Below, one piece after another: positions 1 through 13,313 of a DNA stretch of 64,000 bases; position 1 is the stretch's first letter, and every line of letters begins with the position of its first letter. The translations under genes were made by a program, and so were the position numbers. This stretch comes from Geosiphon pyriformis uo1 (Eukaryota; Fungi; Glomeromycota): assembly GCA_016748015.1 (NCBI GenBank), contig JAAOMT010000128.1, forward strand, positions 1,433,538-1,497,537. Direction: 5' to 3'. The notes beneath the pieces are model-generated. The model did not search any database and was not told where the DNA came from. It was given only the letters and a program-made list of their open reading frames with translations.

Positions 1-1510
1 AATAATAATTAACAAATGACAATACAAAGCTTTTATAAAATACAAGTGCAGATTAGTAGTAGATTTATTTGTAAAACCAGATGTCATATATAAGTTAGAG
101 TGCCAAACTAAAGAAATCTGATTCCAATTCACATTTTCAATCATATTTGTACTAATAACATTAAACCCAAATCTAAACTTCTAATGAGCTCAATGAATAG
201 TCCTAAAAACACTGTAAGTAAAATAACAAATATTTCCAAACACCTTCACTTTACCAGCTTTAATATAATTCTCTTTAATAAGAACAAGAAATACAAAATT
301 TGAACATAAAGCTAAGTCAGCCAGCTTGTTGACATATTTATTATCAGATATACCTGAGTGGCCCTTAATCTTAAACTAAAATATATTAAATCTTTTGTTT
401 TTAATAGAATTCATTATACTATACTTTTTCATTTAATATCAATTATAGAAATCCAGCAGAGCCAATTTTGATTCAACAGCACAAGCATTTAGAGCAGTAT
501 GACTGTTTAAATGCATTATAATACTACTATTGGTTGGGACATATTCTAAAGCTAAGGCAATAGCCTGTAATTTAATTATCATGAAAAAAACCAATTCACT
601 AATATTCAGATTTAAATTTGCAAAAAATACAGCCACATCACACTTTATCTTATGCATTTTTAAGTTCTTAAGTAAACCATTTATGTAAACATTAATAACA
701 TTCAAATTAGTATTAAAAAAATACTGCTGCATTAAAGAAAAACTACCAGAACTGAAAACACTCAAAAGCTGAAAGCTGTTAGTAAAAGACTGCAAAACAA
801 AACTGCAAAGAGAGTTGACCAAATATTTGTATGCCAATCTGAACACAGAGACTGAACCTCTAGGATTGAGTCTCTTTCAACAAAAAAAGCTTTTTTAATT
901 GAAAATTAATCTCTTTTTATTGTATAATTAGTCAACAAAAACAATACTAAACTTTTTAAACAATTTGAAAACATTATAGAATACTGAATTCCTTAAAACA
1001 GAAGACATTAAAGTGCTTTTTGAATACCAAAATGCAGAAAAAAGATTATTGTTAAAAGACATATTATAATTCAGAAAAATTTTTACTTTACCAGTCAGGA
1101 AGTTGTTAACTGGACTGATTTTCAACCTAATAAAAATCCACAAAAGATGCACTGAAAACTAACTTGAAATTTGCAAATCCAAAGACATATGGCTAAACAA
1201 ATGACCAAAAATTTCATCAGTATTTAAAAAACAGAGCACTAAAGCTGACTTACTCTCTGTTTGTATCTGTTTAAAAGATTTTAAACCATACAAAAATAAG
1301 TGGTAAAGGGTTTCATTGAGAAAGTCTCTGAACAGACTAGTCTTTATTCTCAATTTTTTCTTGATTAGTGTATTCTATTTATTACATACATTCTTGAAGA
1401 CAAAACTAAATTGGGTTCTATAACTAATAATAAGATGCAAAATTGTTGAAACCAAATAAAGAAACTATTTATCCAAAATAGTTTTTTTAAAACCAAACAA
1501 TAATATATTA
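1..1510 (-). mobile_element. Degenerate LINE (non-LTR retrotransposon) ORF2 fragment incl. RNase H domain, 5'-truncated, runs off window start
   Basis: ORF 439-846 has RNase H-like 'VYINGLLKNL...KLQAIALALEYVP...LNSHTAL'. At ~310-375 the minus strand reads 'KIKGHSGISDNKYVNKLADLA' (WVKGHSG..N..AD motif). 1160-1510 matches the post-RT region of the LINEs at 48300-48700 and 58200-58600. Confidence 0.8.
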
Positions 1511-2063
1511 CTAAATATTTATAATTATAATAAAACTTTGAAAATTTTATTATAAATACTAAAAACTATTTTAAAATTGTACACAAATATATTTAAAAAC
1601 ATATTATATAAAATAATAACAAAAAAAAATTTCAAAAATTATTAAAAATTTGGCTATTTTAAAAATAAAAAAATTAAACCAACAAGTTCAATTTAAAATA
1701 TAGTATTTAAAAAATCTTAAAAAGCAAACTTTATACAAAAAAGCTTAATATTGTTTTTAAACACAAATTTAATATTAATAAAACTATAAACTAAAATATA
1801 GTTTTAATAAAAACTATTTAATTTAAAAAAAAAAACAAAAAAATTTTGAAAAAATATTTTAGTATTTTATTTTTTTCTAGTTATTTCTTTTAATATATTT
1901 TTATTTATAGAACTAAATATAATGGTAAAAAAACTTTTTTTCTTTTATGTCTATAATTTCTTAAAGAATAATTTTTATAAAAAAAGTTTTTTGGTTTTTT
2001 TGTTTTTATATTTTATAATTTTCTAAGAAACAAACCTTTTTGTTGTTGAATTAACTGCCATTA

Positions 2064-3918
2064 TGAGTAGTTTTGCAGCTAAAAAAAACCAATCCGAATT
2101 TTGGCTTTTGGTTCAGTTAGTAAGAGTTTAGCACAGAAGCAAAAAGCTTTTTTTAACAAAGTAAAACATTCAGATGCTGAAGTAAATTTAAGTTTTACTG
2201 GTTTAGAGCATGTTGTTGGTCAGTTTGCTAAAATAAACACAAATAAAAATACTTCTAAAGTGGTCTTTTTGGATGGTAATATTAGTTATAAAGAAAGTAG
2301 TAAAAAGAAAAAGTGGTTCAATTCTAAAACAAATACTCTTAAAGTTAAGCAAGTTAATACTAATACTGTTTTTGGTTCTCTAATTAATTCTTTTAACTTT
2401 AACATAGATAATGATAAGATTTTTTTCTTTTTTATTTACCTATTTCTTTGAACAGAAAATGAATTGATTTCAAAATAACTAAGATTTAAGTGAAAGTTTC
2501 TGTTAGGAAGTCTTTTGTCTTGAACATTAATCTCTTAATCATAGATAGTAAATTAATAAATGTAAAAACTCAAATAGTCAAAAAACTTTTTTTATCAATC
2601 AATAATTTTGGAAGGACTATTATCTTCTTAAAATTTGAAGAAATCATCTGATTAATATTTATATTTGAAGATAGTATAAATAAGATCATATTATTGGCTA
2701 AAGATAAGAGAATTATCATAAACAATAATGTCAAAAGACAAGAATTTTGTTTAGATCAAACTATAATCATTAAAAAAATTTTTATAGATATACCAAAAAA
2801 ATTGATTATTGCCACAGTATCTAAATTTGGCCAAATTAAATTGATCCAAGTGTGACTAATTGGGTTATGTCAAAAAATTGTGATAAAATTCATTAAATTA
2901 GAGCAAGCTAATCAGTTGGCAGCCAGATGGTTATTCTTAATAGGTAAAAATTCTGTACATATGGCCAAAATTATAAAAAATTGTGAAACTTGAATGTTAA
3001 GAAATTATTTCAGTGTGTTTTTGTTTACTTTGTCAGTAAAAACAACTGTTTATAATTTTCATGCTCTTTTAAAGAGAGCTAATAAAAAAACATATGTTAT
3101 TAATTGGTTATTTAAAACTGGTAATAGGATTTGTTATGCTATAGTTGGTTTTGGTTCAAATGATAATCTAAATTTTGTATTTTGCACAGAACCAATTTTT
3201 GGTGATATTAAACTTTTTTGGACTAAATTGGATCTAATTAGGTATAAAAAGTGTGGTTTTTTGGACATTCTGCTATAAAATATGATGTATTTAATGTATT
3301 TACTTGTTTAGCTTCTAAGACATATAAAAAAGTTGTATTATGATTAGTTGGCCAAGCTATATACTAAAAAAAATATTTTCATCTCATATTCTGCTACCTT
3401 TGGTGGCAAATCTTGGACTTAAATAGTTTTGTTAATTTCTGTTTCAGATGATGTTTTTTCTGGTTCTGGTTTTGGCTTTCTTTTTTTTGGTGGTTTTTAT
3501 GTTGTTGATGCTCTTTTATTTTTATATAATGTTTTGTTTATTGAAGCTTATTTGAATTCTCTAAAATGTTTGTTGGAATTGTTGGCTGACCAAATTTCTG
3601 AAATTCTATGCAAGTTAAGTAACATAGAATTGATTTTTTTGGTCTTTGCTTCTTAATCTTTGATTCTAATTTCTTCTTTGGTATTAGACTTTATTTTAAA
3701 TTTGAGTATGATAATAAATATCTCACAGATTTTGCTTCTTTTTTTTTCTTTTATGGTATTTGATGCTTCAGTTTTAAGTTTAAACAGTTCTAAAATTTTG
3801 ACAACCAAAGTTGGTAGTCTAAAATTAAAACTCATGTTTGAAAGTACAATTGGTTTAGTTTTGGCTAAGTTGAATTAAATGATTGCAAGTTTGAGTTCCT
3901 TAGCAATACTTGTATCTT
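2064..3918 (+). pseudogene. LINE-1 ORF1 (many stops)
   Basis: Fragments 2101-2451, 2994-3278, 3429-3656 and 3660-3878 align with LINE-2 ORF1 (e.g. 'LNSSKILTTKVGSLKLKL' vs 'LSSSKVLTIKIDSLELKL'). Decayed CxxC knuckle near 3245-3280. Confidence 0.65.
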
Positions 3919-4168
3919 AATAACCAATTTTATTTGAAAATTTGCAATGTATAATATAAAAAAATTAAATAATGTTGCTAAATAGGAAGATATCATTAGG
4001 TAATATATTAATTTTGGCAATTTGGTTTTAATAATTACTGAAACTTAACAAATTAAGTCTTGAATTAAAGCCAAATTTCCAGATTTAAAGATTTTTATTT
4101 TCAGTTTAAATTTTGGTTACTTGAGCTCAGAAGTGGCCATAATTATAAACAATAATCTTGCTCAACAT
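3919..4168 (+). pseudogene. LINE-1 ORF2 N-terminus (APE endonuclease start)
   Basis: 'NFI*KFAMYN' resembles the APE N-terminal strand, followed by 'IITET' and 'SSEVAIIINNNLAQH'. Homologous to 55706-55970. Confidence 0.65.
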
Positions 4169-5033
4169 TGTTACAGGTGATTATTTGGGGTCTTAAAGCA
4201 AATAACAAACTCGTAACGTGGTGCTCAATTAATATAATGCTGTTGGTTTCTGAAAATTAGCTGTATCTAAAAATTTTCATGATCTGAAGGTTTTTGTTGA
4301 GTCTTTTGTATAATAAACAAAGATTCAATAGTTGTTTTTCTATTACTTCCCAAAATCACAATTCTGTCGAATTTCTTTCTCAGCATGATGACTGGTAATT
4401 CTTCTGATAAGCTATTCTTAAATCTATGAGTTCTCTACTCTTGTTTTATGAGTCTTTTACTAATCCCTATAATGTTTGTAACTCAGCATTTTTTAATTCT
4501 TAATCAATTAGTAAAACAAAAAGAAATAACAAAAGAAAATAAAAAAAAATAAAAGAAAATAAAGAAATAAGCCAAGACAATTACAAGTTAGTATTCTGTC
4601 AATAGCTGTGATCAAGAGCTATTGTTCCAGTGAATTTAAGTATTGATTACTATCAACATGAAGAGTTGATAATGAAAAGTAGATTTAAGATAGTAAATAA
4701 GTTTTTATTGATATTTGTGATATAAAAAGTTGTTTAGATCAAATCTAAACTCAGAAGTCTGTTTTTTTTTCTTCTAATGCTACCATTATATATACATAAT
4801 TAAGATTCTTTAATTCCTTGATTTTTCACACCAAGAATTCTGGAATTTCTGGAATCTTGCAATTCCTCTTGAAAAGAATTCTGGAATTTTGTAATTTCTT
4901 GTTTAAGAATTCTGAAATTCCTGGAATCCTGCAATTTCTCTTAAGAGAAATCCTGAAATTCCACATTTACTATGGCTACTTCTGATTGGTTAATTTTATA
5001 TGCTAATATACTTTTTATATTTTATGAGTAACA
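4169..5033 (-). repeat. Element A 3' LTR
   Basis: TGTTACA...GAGTAACA termini. Followed on + by TTATTCCCTCCTTTT, the reverse complement of a PPT (5034-5048). Homologous to 34776-35206+44942-45253 and 60796-61664. Confidence 0.9.
4833..4962 (-). promoter_or_regulatory. U3 tandem array of GGAATT(C/T)CTGGAAT-type motifs between a CCAAT box (~4982-4991) and a TATA-like box (~4787-4796)
   Basis: Repeated gaattctggaatt / gaatcctgcaatt units seen directly. Same array in G LTR at 61458-61592. Regulatory role inferred from position. Confidence 0.55.
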
Positions 5034-5700
5034 TTATTCCCTCCTTTTTAATATTGAGCTCTGTCAAAATCTTCTAATTCTAATTTTTTGTTTTTAAGTA
5101 TTTCTTGAACCTCTTTTTCAAGAATTACTTGTGTTATCTTGTTTTGTAATTTCTTAAATTGGGCATTGGTTATTTTTCCCATTTGGTTAATGGTAATAGA
5201 ATCTATTGTTGGATTGAGTAAGATCTCTGGTCAGTCTTGAAATCCAGTATGTAGCCAATAAATGGCTCTTGCTTATGTGGTCAAATTGTTTTTCTTTACA
5301 AATTGTTCTAGTTGTTGCAGTATTGTTGTGTCAAATAATCATTTTGTTTTATCTGTATATAAATTCTGAATATTTAAGTGTTGTCCCAAGTAAAAATAAC
5401 AAAAGTTTGTTGGAATTTGTTGTATCCACCAATTCCAAGTTTCTATAGTCAACTTTTGATATTGTGTGACTTTTGGTTGTGCTTCTATTACTAATTTTAC
5501 CTTTGTAATTATTTTGTCAATAGTGTTTTCTGTTTTTTTCCGTATTTTATCTTATGGTCTCTTTTTGGTGTTTTTATATCTGATGATTTGTTGATTAATT
5601 GTAATTTCCATCTTTTGTTGTTGGATTATTTGAAAGAGTTGTTGTGCTAATAAGTGGATGTTACTGGTAATTTTTATTTCTGCTGTCTTTTGTTACATAT
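5034..5700 (-). pseudogene. Element A ORF3 (accessory ORF after integrase)
   Basis: Minus strand reads 'IHLLAQQLFQIIQQQKMEITINQQIIRY...FCYF.LGQHL...ARAIYWLHTGFQD.PEILL...ITINQMGKITNAQF'. Homologous to ORF 61679-61894 and 21889-22212. Confidence 0.7.
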
Positions 5701-5731
5701 ATTGTGTCTTTATATATATTCTTTTGGTTGT

Positions 5732-6756
5732 TTAATTTGATGTGTTTGGTTTAATAATTATAATTGGTTCCAGATTTCATGGAATCTTATTTGGTTAGAC
5801 TAGTATTCTCTGTACTCTCAGTTGTAGAATATTATTGGTGGATGTTGATACTATATTTTGATATAGTTTCAGTTGATTTCTATGTGCTGCTTTGGTTAAG
5901 ATTTTGTTGTTTTATCTTAATTTATAAGCTTTATTTCCTAGAATTTCTTTTATGTGAAATAGTTCATCTCATTTGGGGTCAAATTTTTCACTCCATTGTT
6001 TTTCTGCTTTGGTACAATGTAAGAATACTTTGTCTCTAATCTTAAATTCAACTGGTTTATCTGGCAGCTGGTTATTATGTCTTTCTTTTTGTTTTTCTTG
6101 TGACTTTTGGATGTTATTAGCTGCTTTTTGTCATTTGTTTTCTAGTGTTTTCATTAAGTTATATGTTCTTCTTAACAATGTTCTTTAGAAATTTTCTTTT
6201 GTTATTGGTTCTGTTAAATATGGTTTGACTTTTATCTCAACTGGTAATGTTGCTGTTCTACTGTATACTAATTCAAATAGTATTGCTTGTGTAGTGTCTT
6301 GCTTTATTGTTCAATAAGCAAATAATACTAATGGTATGAACAAATCCCATTTATTCTGGTTTTTTTGGCTGATCTTGGCTATTGCTTCACACAATGTTCT
6401 GTTGAATCTTTCAACTAACTCATTTGTTTGTGAATAGTATGATAATGATAATAGTCTTCCTATTCCAAATTTTTGACTTAATTCTGCTAATGTTCTATTT
6501 ATAAAATGAGTTTTTTGGTCAAATAATAATTCTTTTGGACATTCATGTTGACAAATTAGATTTTGATGAATGAATTCAGCAATAGATTCTACATCTGCTC
6601 TTTGAATGGCTTTTGCTTCTGGCCATTTTGTAAGATAGTTTATAGCTACTGCAATATATCTGTTGTTTTTACTGGTAATTGTTAGTGGTCTGACTAAGTC
6701 AATTCTAATGTGATCAAATGGTTGTCCTACTTTGATTGGTCTCAATGGTTCATTGA
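5732..6756 (-). pseudogene. Element A integrase, core and C-terminal part (N-terminal part at 16512-16689)
   Basis: ORF 6311-6745 'PFDHIRIDLV...YLTKWPEAKAI...LLFDQKTHF...QTNELVERFNRTL' is an rve core. ORF 16439-16711 carries the HHCC region. Confidence 0.9.
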
Positions 6757-7728
6757 TGTTACCAGTAAAATTTTAGCTATTAATTAGCATGAAATTACTC
6801 TTATAATTCTTATTATTAATTAGCATACATTATTATTAATTCGATTATCACTTATTATTTAATCAAATTATCAAATATCATTACTCAATCAATAATCCGA
6901 TTTGTACTCTAGAAATTAAGATAATCAAATTACACAATACCCTGAACCTTTTAACATAGTCAAAATTCGCCGAAATTAATGAAAATTTGCCGAAATAATC
7001 AATAGTTCAGTGAAATAACTTGTAAATTCACCAAAATATATTTTTAGTTTACCCAAAGTATAGCAAAGAGAAAAGTGCAAGTTTAAAGACTAGTACTACA
7101 ACAAGTTGTATAAAAGAAAAGCTTTTCTCTTCAAGGAAATGTATCTTTTCATAGTACTTTACCATAGTATTTTACTTTAGATATCTTAATTGAAACAAAT
7201 CATCTTTTACAAAATCAAATAAAAATTAAATATTTAAAAACCAAATTCTTAAATTATTACACTTGAAATTTCCTCAACACAACTAACGTTTTGAAATTGA
7301 TTAGCTACCAATTTCAATAAACTGTTAGTGACTCCAGGCCTGAATAGAAAACGTTTTCCTTGATAAAATCCTATTTCTTTTACAATTTTTTTATTTTTCT
7401 TTTATTTTCTTATTACAAATTATTAGGGTAGCCTACAGACAAGATTTCTGTAGAAGAGTTGACTTTCACAGCAAAGTAACTACACATTTTAGTGAGCTTC
7501 CAGACAAGCAATTCCTGGGAAAGAGTTGATGTTTACTACAATGTAACTACATAAAGTAACTGGCAAGAAATTGGCCATTCCACTTATAAGCCCAGCAATT
7601 CAAATTATAGGAGATAATTTGAAGATAAATTCAGTTACTGGAGGTTCAACTACTTCTAGAAAACATGAATTTGCAACCAACAGACATTTACAACATTCAA
7701 AAAAAGAGACCAAAAACCTCTGGTAATA
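6757..7728 (+). repeat. Element B 5' LTR
   Basis: TGTTACCAG...TGGTAATA termini. Near-copy at 15540-16511. TATAAAA at 7109-7115. Confidence 0.93.
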
Positions 7729-7729
7729 T

Positions 7730-7747
7730 TTGGTACTCTCCTATAGA
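7730..7747 (+). other. Primer binding site of B (decayed TGGTGCTCTCCCACGGAA)
   Basis: 'tggtactctcctatagaa' directly after the LTR. Intact version at 27313-27330. Confidence 0.75.
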
Positions 7748-7773
7748 AATAACACAGTAACAACAAATTCAAA

Positions 7774-9560
7774 GTGGCGACCACACCAGACACAACAACT
7801 CTAAGATATCATCAGTCAATTTACACCCACTGCAAGCAAAGATTCAACATCCCAGACGGAATTGAAGTTGTTAAGAAATTAGTATACCAATACATTGAAA
7901 ATCACATCAACAATTATCTTTTTGGAAACTACAACATTTCAGAAGTTAGAAGCAACCTCTACAATAATTTAGTGTACTATTCACAATTGGGAACAGAAAA
8001 CCTGAACAGTAAAACACTTGCTACCTACTTCCAAGAACTTAATTTTAATATTATTGAGTATTGTGAAGAAAAATACCCAGTACAGCCCAAATACTCTTTT
8101 AACTTTGAATCAAAAACAGAGACAAGCAACAAAGACAAACAAAAAGTAAAACAATACTCAAGAACCACTCCAAACACTCCAATACTACCAAAGACAACTG
8201 CCAAACACTTGTAAACACCTGAACAAGAACCCAGTATCAAATTAGCACTTTCTATTACACCATTTCCAATTTTACTTGTTCAACCACAAACACCAAGTTT
8301 ACCACTTAACTGTTTCTCCAAACCAGAAGATTTTCAGTCACTTAGAAATCCTACTCAACAACAAAAACCAATATCAACAAGTGCCAATATCATTAATTAC
8401 TTACAGAAAAACGAAAATAATCATTCAGAAAGCTTGGAAAGTGAAGAAACTAAATCAAAACCAGAAGAAATCACAAGAAACAAAGAAGAAATGGCAACTG
8501 CTTACATTGCAAAAATTCCAGAATTCACTGGTGAAGACAATAATACCAGTCTTTAAGAATGGCTTGACAAAGTTTAAAAAGCAGAAGATGCAAATGGTTG
8601 GATTGCAGCAAGAATGCTTAAAGCAATTCCCTACTTTCTCCAAGGAACAGCAGAAGAATGGTTTGAAAATTTAGAAGAACCATTTGAGAACTGGCAAGCA
8701 TTCAAAGATGCTTTCTTACAACAATTTACTGACAACAACACCTCTATTACTCTCCACAATCGCTTTTGCAATATTAAACAAGAAACATCTAAAACTGTTA
8801 TAACCTATCTTGGAAGATTCAACAAACTTCTTCAACGAATTATGAAATGACTATGGAAGAAGCAAATCACACCAAACTCATCAATCTAGCTATTGGAAAA
8901 ACCAGTTCAACAGCTGAAGAGAAAATAAACCAACTTACAAAGAAGGTTGAAAGCTACTTCACAAACCAACAACAACAGCAACAACAACCACAAAGATATC
9001 AACTCTTACAACAACACAACCAAAACAATTTTGGATCACCATCCAACAACCAACCTCAAAATTGTCATTATTGTGGAATTCCAGAACACTAGAAACGAGA
9101 TTGTAGAAAATTACAAAGAGACCAACAAAACAGAAGTAATCAATGTTACTTTTCACTACAACAATCTTATTACCAATTTCCACTACCAACCTATTATTTA
9201 CCAAGACCACAAAATTAAAACAGTTACTATTAACCAGCTTCACAACCAATGTAGCAACAATATCAGCAACCTTTACCAATTCAGTCATATCAGACACCAC
9301 CCATTTAACAATATCAAGTACCAGCAAAAAAATTGGTTCAACATAACCAATTCACACCCCAAAATCAATTTCAGAATAACAACAACAGAATCAATTTAAA
9401 TAACCAGTTGGTTCTCTGAAATTCTGGTCAACAAAGACCCAATTACTATCACACTCAACCCAGTTATCTTACAATACCAGAGAAATCGGATTTTCAACAA
9501 CCTGCACTTTCTGAAGGTAAAGTTGTAGCACCCAGATCAAACCTTTCCAACAACACTATT
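7774..9560 (+). pseudogene. gag: Element B gag (N-terminal extension, capsid-like core, CCHC knuckle, Q/P-rich tail)
   Basis: ORFs 7774-8214, 8614-8850 ('AIPYFLQGTAEEWF...FLQQF') and 8847-9092 ('CHYCGIPEH*KRDC'). Intact homologue at 28006-29049. Confidence 0.85.
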
Positions 9561-9638
9561 TCACCAGCTCAAATTGCCCAAAATGCCAACCTTTTAAATA
9601 TATTCTCATTCGAATTTGAAGCAAATGAATCACCATTT

Positions 9639-10064
9639 TTGCTTAGTAATGCAGCAGCTAATGAACAAAGAGCTATCACTGTCATGTACACTAAAGCTAC
9701 AGTAGAAGGAAAACCCATCCAACTAATTCTAGACAGTGAATTAGCTGGAAGTATTATCACCTACCAGTTAATACAACAGCTTCAAAGAACTGTTGACAGA
9801 CCAGCCCAAACTGTAATTGTTACAGCAGATGGTATGAAAAAGACACCAGTAGGAGAAATTGACAATTTTTCATTTACCATTAATGGAATCACTATTTCAG
9901 TCAAAGTTTTAGTCATAGATGCACCCCAATACCAAGCTCTGGTCGGAAATAATTGGCTTTTTAAGGCCAATACAAACTTGGACTGGGAAACTCAGGAATT
10001 AAAAATTTCATACCAAGGACAATACACCATAGTACCTGTTACTTGTGGTACTTTTAACAAATAA
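9639..10064 (+). pseudogene. Element B aspartic protease
   Basis: 'IQLILDSELAGSII' (DSG decayed by G>A) and 'ALVGNNWL' retropepsin motifs. In frame with the end of gag. Confidence 0.85.
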
Positions 10065-10239
10065 TCAGAAAAAGCCCCAGTATTTGAATTTGAAGAGGAG
10101 AAAGAAATGCCACTTACTGAAATCTACATGGCTCTTGGATCAACATCCAATTGGGCTGAAGAAACAGAACAGGAGATTTTTGAAGAATCAAGAAAATGGA
10201 AGAAAGTTAGATATTCTACACCAAAACCATAGAAACAAC

Positions 10240-10870
10240 CACCCTATATTTCACTCAAATGCAAAGATTACAACAAAAAACTTTCATTAATGTGAGCATG
10301 TATTTTTCCAGAAGAAGAATATGAAACTCATACCTGTTACTTTTGCAAAGCATGCCATAGAGAACGATTTGAATCTCCAAAAAGAAATGAAAAATAGGAC
10401 AACACACCTTGTCTTACATGTAGAGATATGTTACCAGAAGAATACAACTGGATTGATATTGCAATAAGAGAAGGAGTATGTGATCAAACCTGTTAATATG
10501 CTCTATCAATTTCGGAAAAAGTCAGAAGAGGAACACCATTTGATGCAGCATACAACAGTGCTCTCAATAAACTTTACCATTACCCTCATGATACTGAAAT
10601 GATTTTTGACTTAGCAATGACATTAATTAATAGAGCCACCCAAGAAGATGTCCACCAAATGAAAGAAGCTGAATACATTGAGTATACCATGAAATTAGCT
10701 GGAGTTGATTATAAAAATGAAGTAGAAACTTACCACCAAATTGCAAGCCACACATACCCAACTCAAGAAGCTTAAATTCAACGATTAGAGCAAATGAACA
10801 TTCAATTGTGTGAAGAATACATCATGCCTTGTGATGACAAATAGTGTCCAGAATGCTATGCTCTTAGCAT
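10240..10870 (+). pseudogene. Element B Cys/His-rich domain of unknown function between PR and dUTPase
   Basis: 'LKCKD..', 'CYFCKACH', 'PCLTC', 'VCDQTC', 'LCEE.IMPCDDK.CPEC'. Also present in E, C and A. Confidence 0.6.
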
Positions 10871-10989
10871 TCCCCTGCCAGAGAAAAATAATGAAAATGA
10901 AATTGAATTTGGAGTATCTGAACTGGTAGAAGAACTACCAACCACCCCTATCTATCTTCTTAAAAAGCAATCATCTCTATAACTTAAAT

Positions 10990-11410
10990 ATTTCGACAAC
11001 CATGGTCAAGGAATCAGACCAGAAAAAGCACACGAAATTGATGCTGGATATGACCTAAGATATCCAGGAAAAGATACTTTGGTTCTCCAACCAAAGTCCT
11101 TAACAAAAATCAATCTCAAAATTGCTTTTGAAATTTTACCTGGAGCAATGGTTCAAATTGCATCCAGATCATCATTGGCAAGCAAAGGAATCAATGTTAA
11201 AGAAGGAGTTATAAATACAGGATATACTGGAAACATTACCATCATGTTACAAAATGAAACAGACAAACTATTCAGAATTGAACATGCTGAAAAAATTGCC
11301 CAAGCAATTTACCTACTCCTAATTAACATTTCGGAGTTACAATCAGTTAAAAACAGAGAACAATTGGGAAAAAGTGAAAGAGAAACTCAAGGTTTTGGTT
11401 CAACTGAATG
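10990..11410 (+). pseudogene. dut: Element B dUTPase
   Basis: Trimeric dUTPase motifs 'DAGYDL', 'ASRSSLA', '(G)GVI(D).GYTGNI', 'KIAQAI', 'R.TQGFGST'. Confidence 0.88.
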
Positions 11411-11869
11411 ATTTACAGTTCCAGTAAACATAGTTTTTAATACACAGAATGAATCTTACCAGATTCTTCAACTTCCCCAACCAATTACCATTTCACCTTT
11501 TAGTAAACATCACGAAATTTACACTTGCTCAAAACCCACCACTACCCAACAAATCTTTAAATCCAATAAACAAATCTGTTTGAAGCATGAAATCTCAATC
11601 CCAAACGTTTATATTCTTAAAGGAATGAAAAAATTTTGAGTTACATTCTATAACCTCAATAATTACCCCATTGTCTTATTGAACAAACTAGAGATTGGAA
11701 TCATACACAGTAACATTTTTCAAGATAAAAACCCTCAAATTGTCTCTAATTTCATCGAAATTATAAGACATACACTACTTCCAAATCTAAACATCATTTC
11801 TACCACTGAAAACTACCACTTTTTGGAAGAAAAACTCTCTCGAATCAACATGGGTCTCTTGGAACCCCA

Positions 11870-13254
11870 ACAACAAAGACAATTGAAACAATTGATAGCT
11901 GAATTTGCAGATATATTTGCAAAAGACAACAATAACCTTGGAAAAATGGATATTGTTTAACACCAAATTCATACAGGAAATGCTCCACCAAAATGACAAC
12001 AAGCCTATTGAGTTCCACCTGCTAGCCACCAATTTATTAGAGAAGAGGTCCAAAAAATGCTCAATAACAGATTAATTCAATCATCAAGAAGTCTATGGGC
12101 CTCACAGTAGTTCTTGTCAAAAAAAAAAACGGAAAAATCAGATTTTGTGTTGATTATCAACAATTGAATAGTGTCACAATTGGAGATGCCTACCCTTTCC
12201 CAAGAATTGATGACATGTTAGATGCTTTAGGAAAAGCCAAGTTTTTCTCAACTTTAGACTTGGAAAGTGGATACTGACAAGTCGAAATAGACCCAAAAGA
12301 TAAACCCAAAACAGCATTTACCACCCAAAAAGGAAACTATGAGTTCAATGTTATGCCTTTTGGACTTTGCAATGCATCAGCAATATTCCAACAACTCATG
12401 GATGTTGTATATAAAAGACTCTTATGGCAATTAGTAGTTGTTTACCTTGATGACACTGATGTGTACTCACCAAGCTTTGAAGCCCATTTTATTCATCTGC
12501 GAGAAGTTTTTCAATGATTACAGAAAGCAGAATTGAAGTTGAATATTGAGAAATATTATTTTGGAAAAACAAGCTTAATTTTTCTTGGACACATAGTTAG
12601 CAAAGATGGAGTCAAACCAAACCCTAGAACAATTAGTGCTGTCAAAAACTTTCAAACTCCCAAAAATACCACAGAACTAAGAGGATTTATAGGATTAGCT
12701 CCTACTATTAGAAATTTATAAAGAGATTCTCAGAAATTGCCAAACTATTCAATTATCTTATCAACAAAAATGTGCCATACAAATGGACAGAAGAATAACA
12801 AAAAGCTTTTAAAATCCTCAAAACAAGATTGACAACAGCCCCAGTTCTTGCTTACCCAGACTTTAACAAATGGTTCCAACTAGCCACTGATGCTTCACAC
12901 ATAGCTTTTGGTGTCATCCTATTACAATTGGATAAAAATGGCCAAGAACAAGTCATTGCCTATGCTAGTAGAACACTCAAGCCAACAGAACTCAAATATG
13001 GCTCAACAAAACTAGAAGCTGCCACAGTCATTTGGGCTCTCAAACACTTTCAACAATACCTAAAGAATGGAAAAGAGTTTGACATCATAACTAACAATAT
13101 TGGCCTCAAATGGCTCAATAAAAATAAAAAAGAACAAAGTACCAAACAGTCTCAATAGAATGATTTTTTAGCAGACTACAAATATATAGTACATCACAAA
13201 CCAGGAAAACTACACACTAATATTGACAGCCTTTCAAGAATAAGACAATATTAA
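11870..13254 (+). pseudogene. Element B reverse transcriptase + RNase H, ending at TAA 13252-13254
   Basis: '[19 protein letters not shown]', 'LDLESGY', 'MPFGL', 'VYLDD' (~12445), 'FLGH'. RNase H 'TDAS', 'AYASRTL', 'N.DSLSR'. Confidence 0.92.
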
Positions 13255-13313
13255 TACCAACATTAACACCAACAAAACACCAACAAACTTAAACAGCAGA
13301 ACAAATAACAACA

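Noticed and set aside
1510-2050. Bidirectional promoter between divergent LINEs
   Set aside because: The left LINE is truncated mid-ORF2, so the arrangement is incidental; the sequence is low-complexity A/T.
8959-9327. V/L-rich antisense ORFs (also 28436-28780, 42267-42497, 5764-6039) as membrane proteins
   Set aside because: They are the reverse complement of CAA-rich gag or IN sequence and are not conserved as ORFs between copies.
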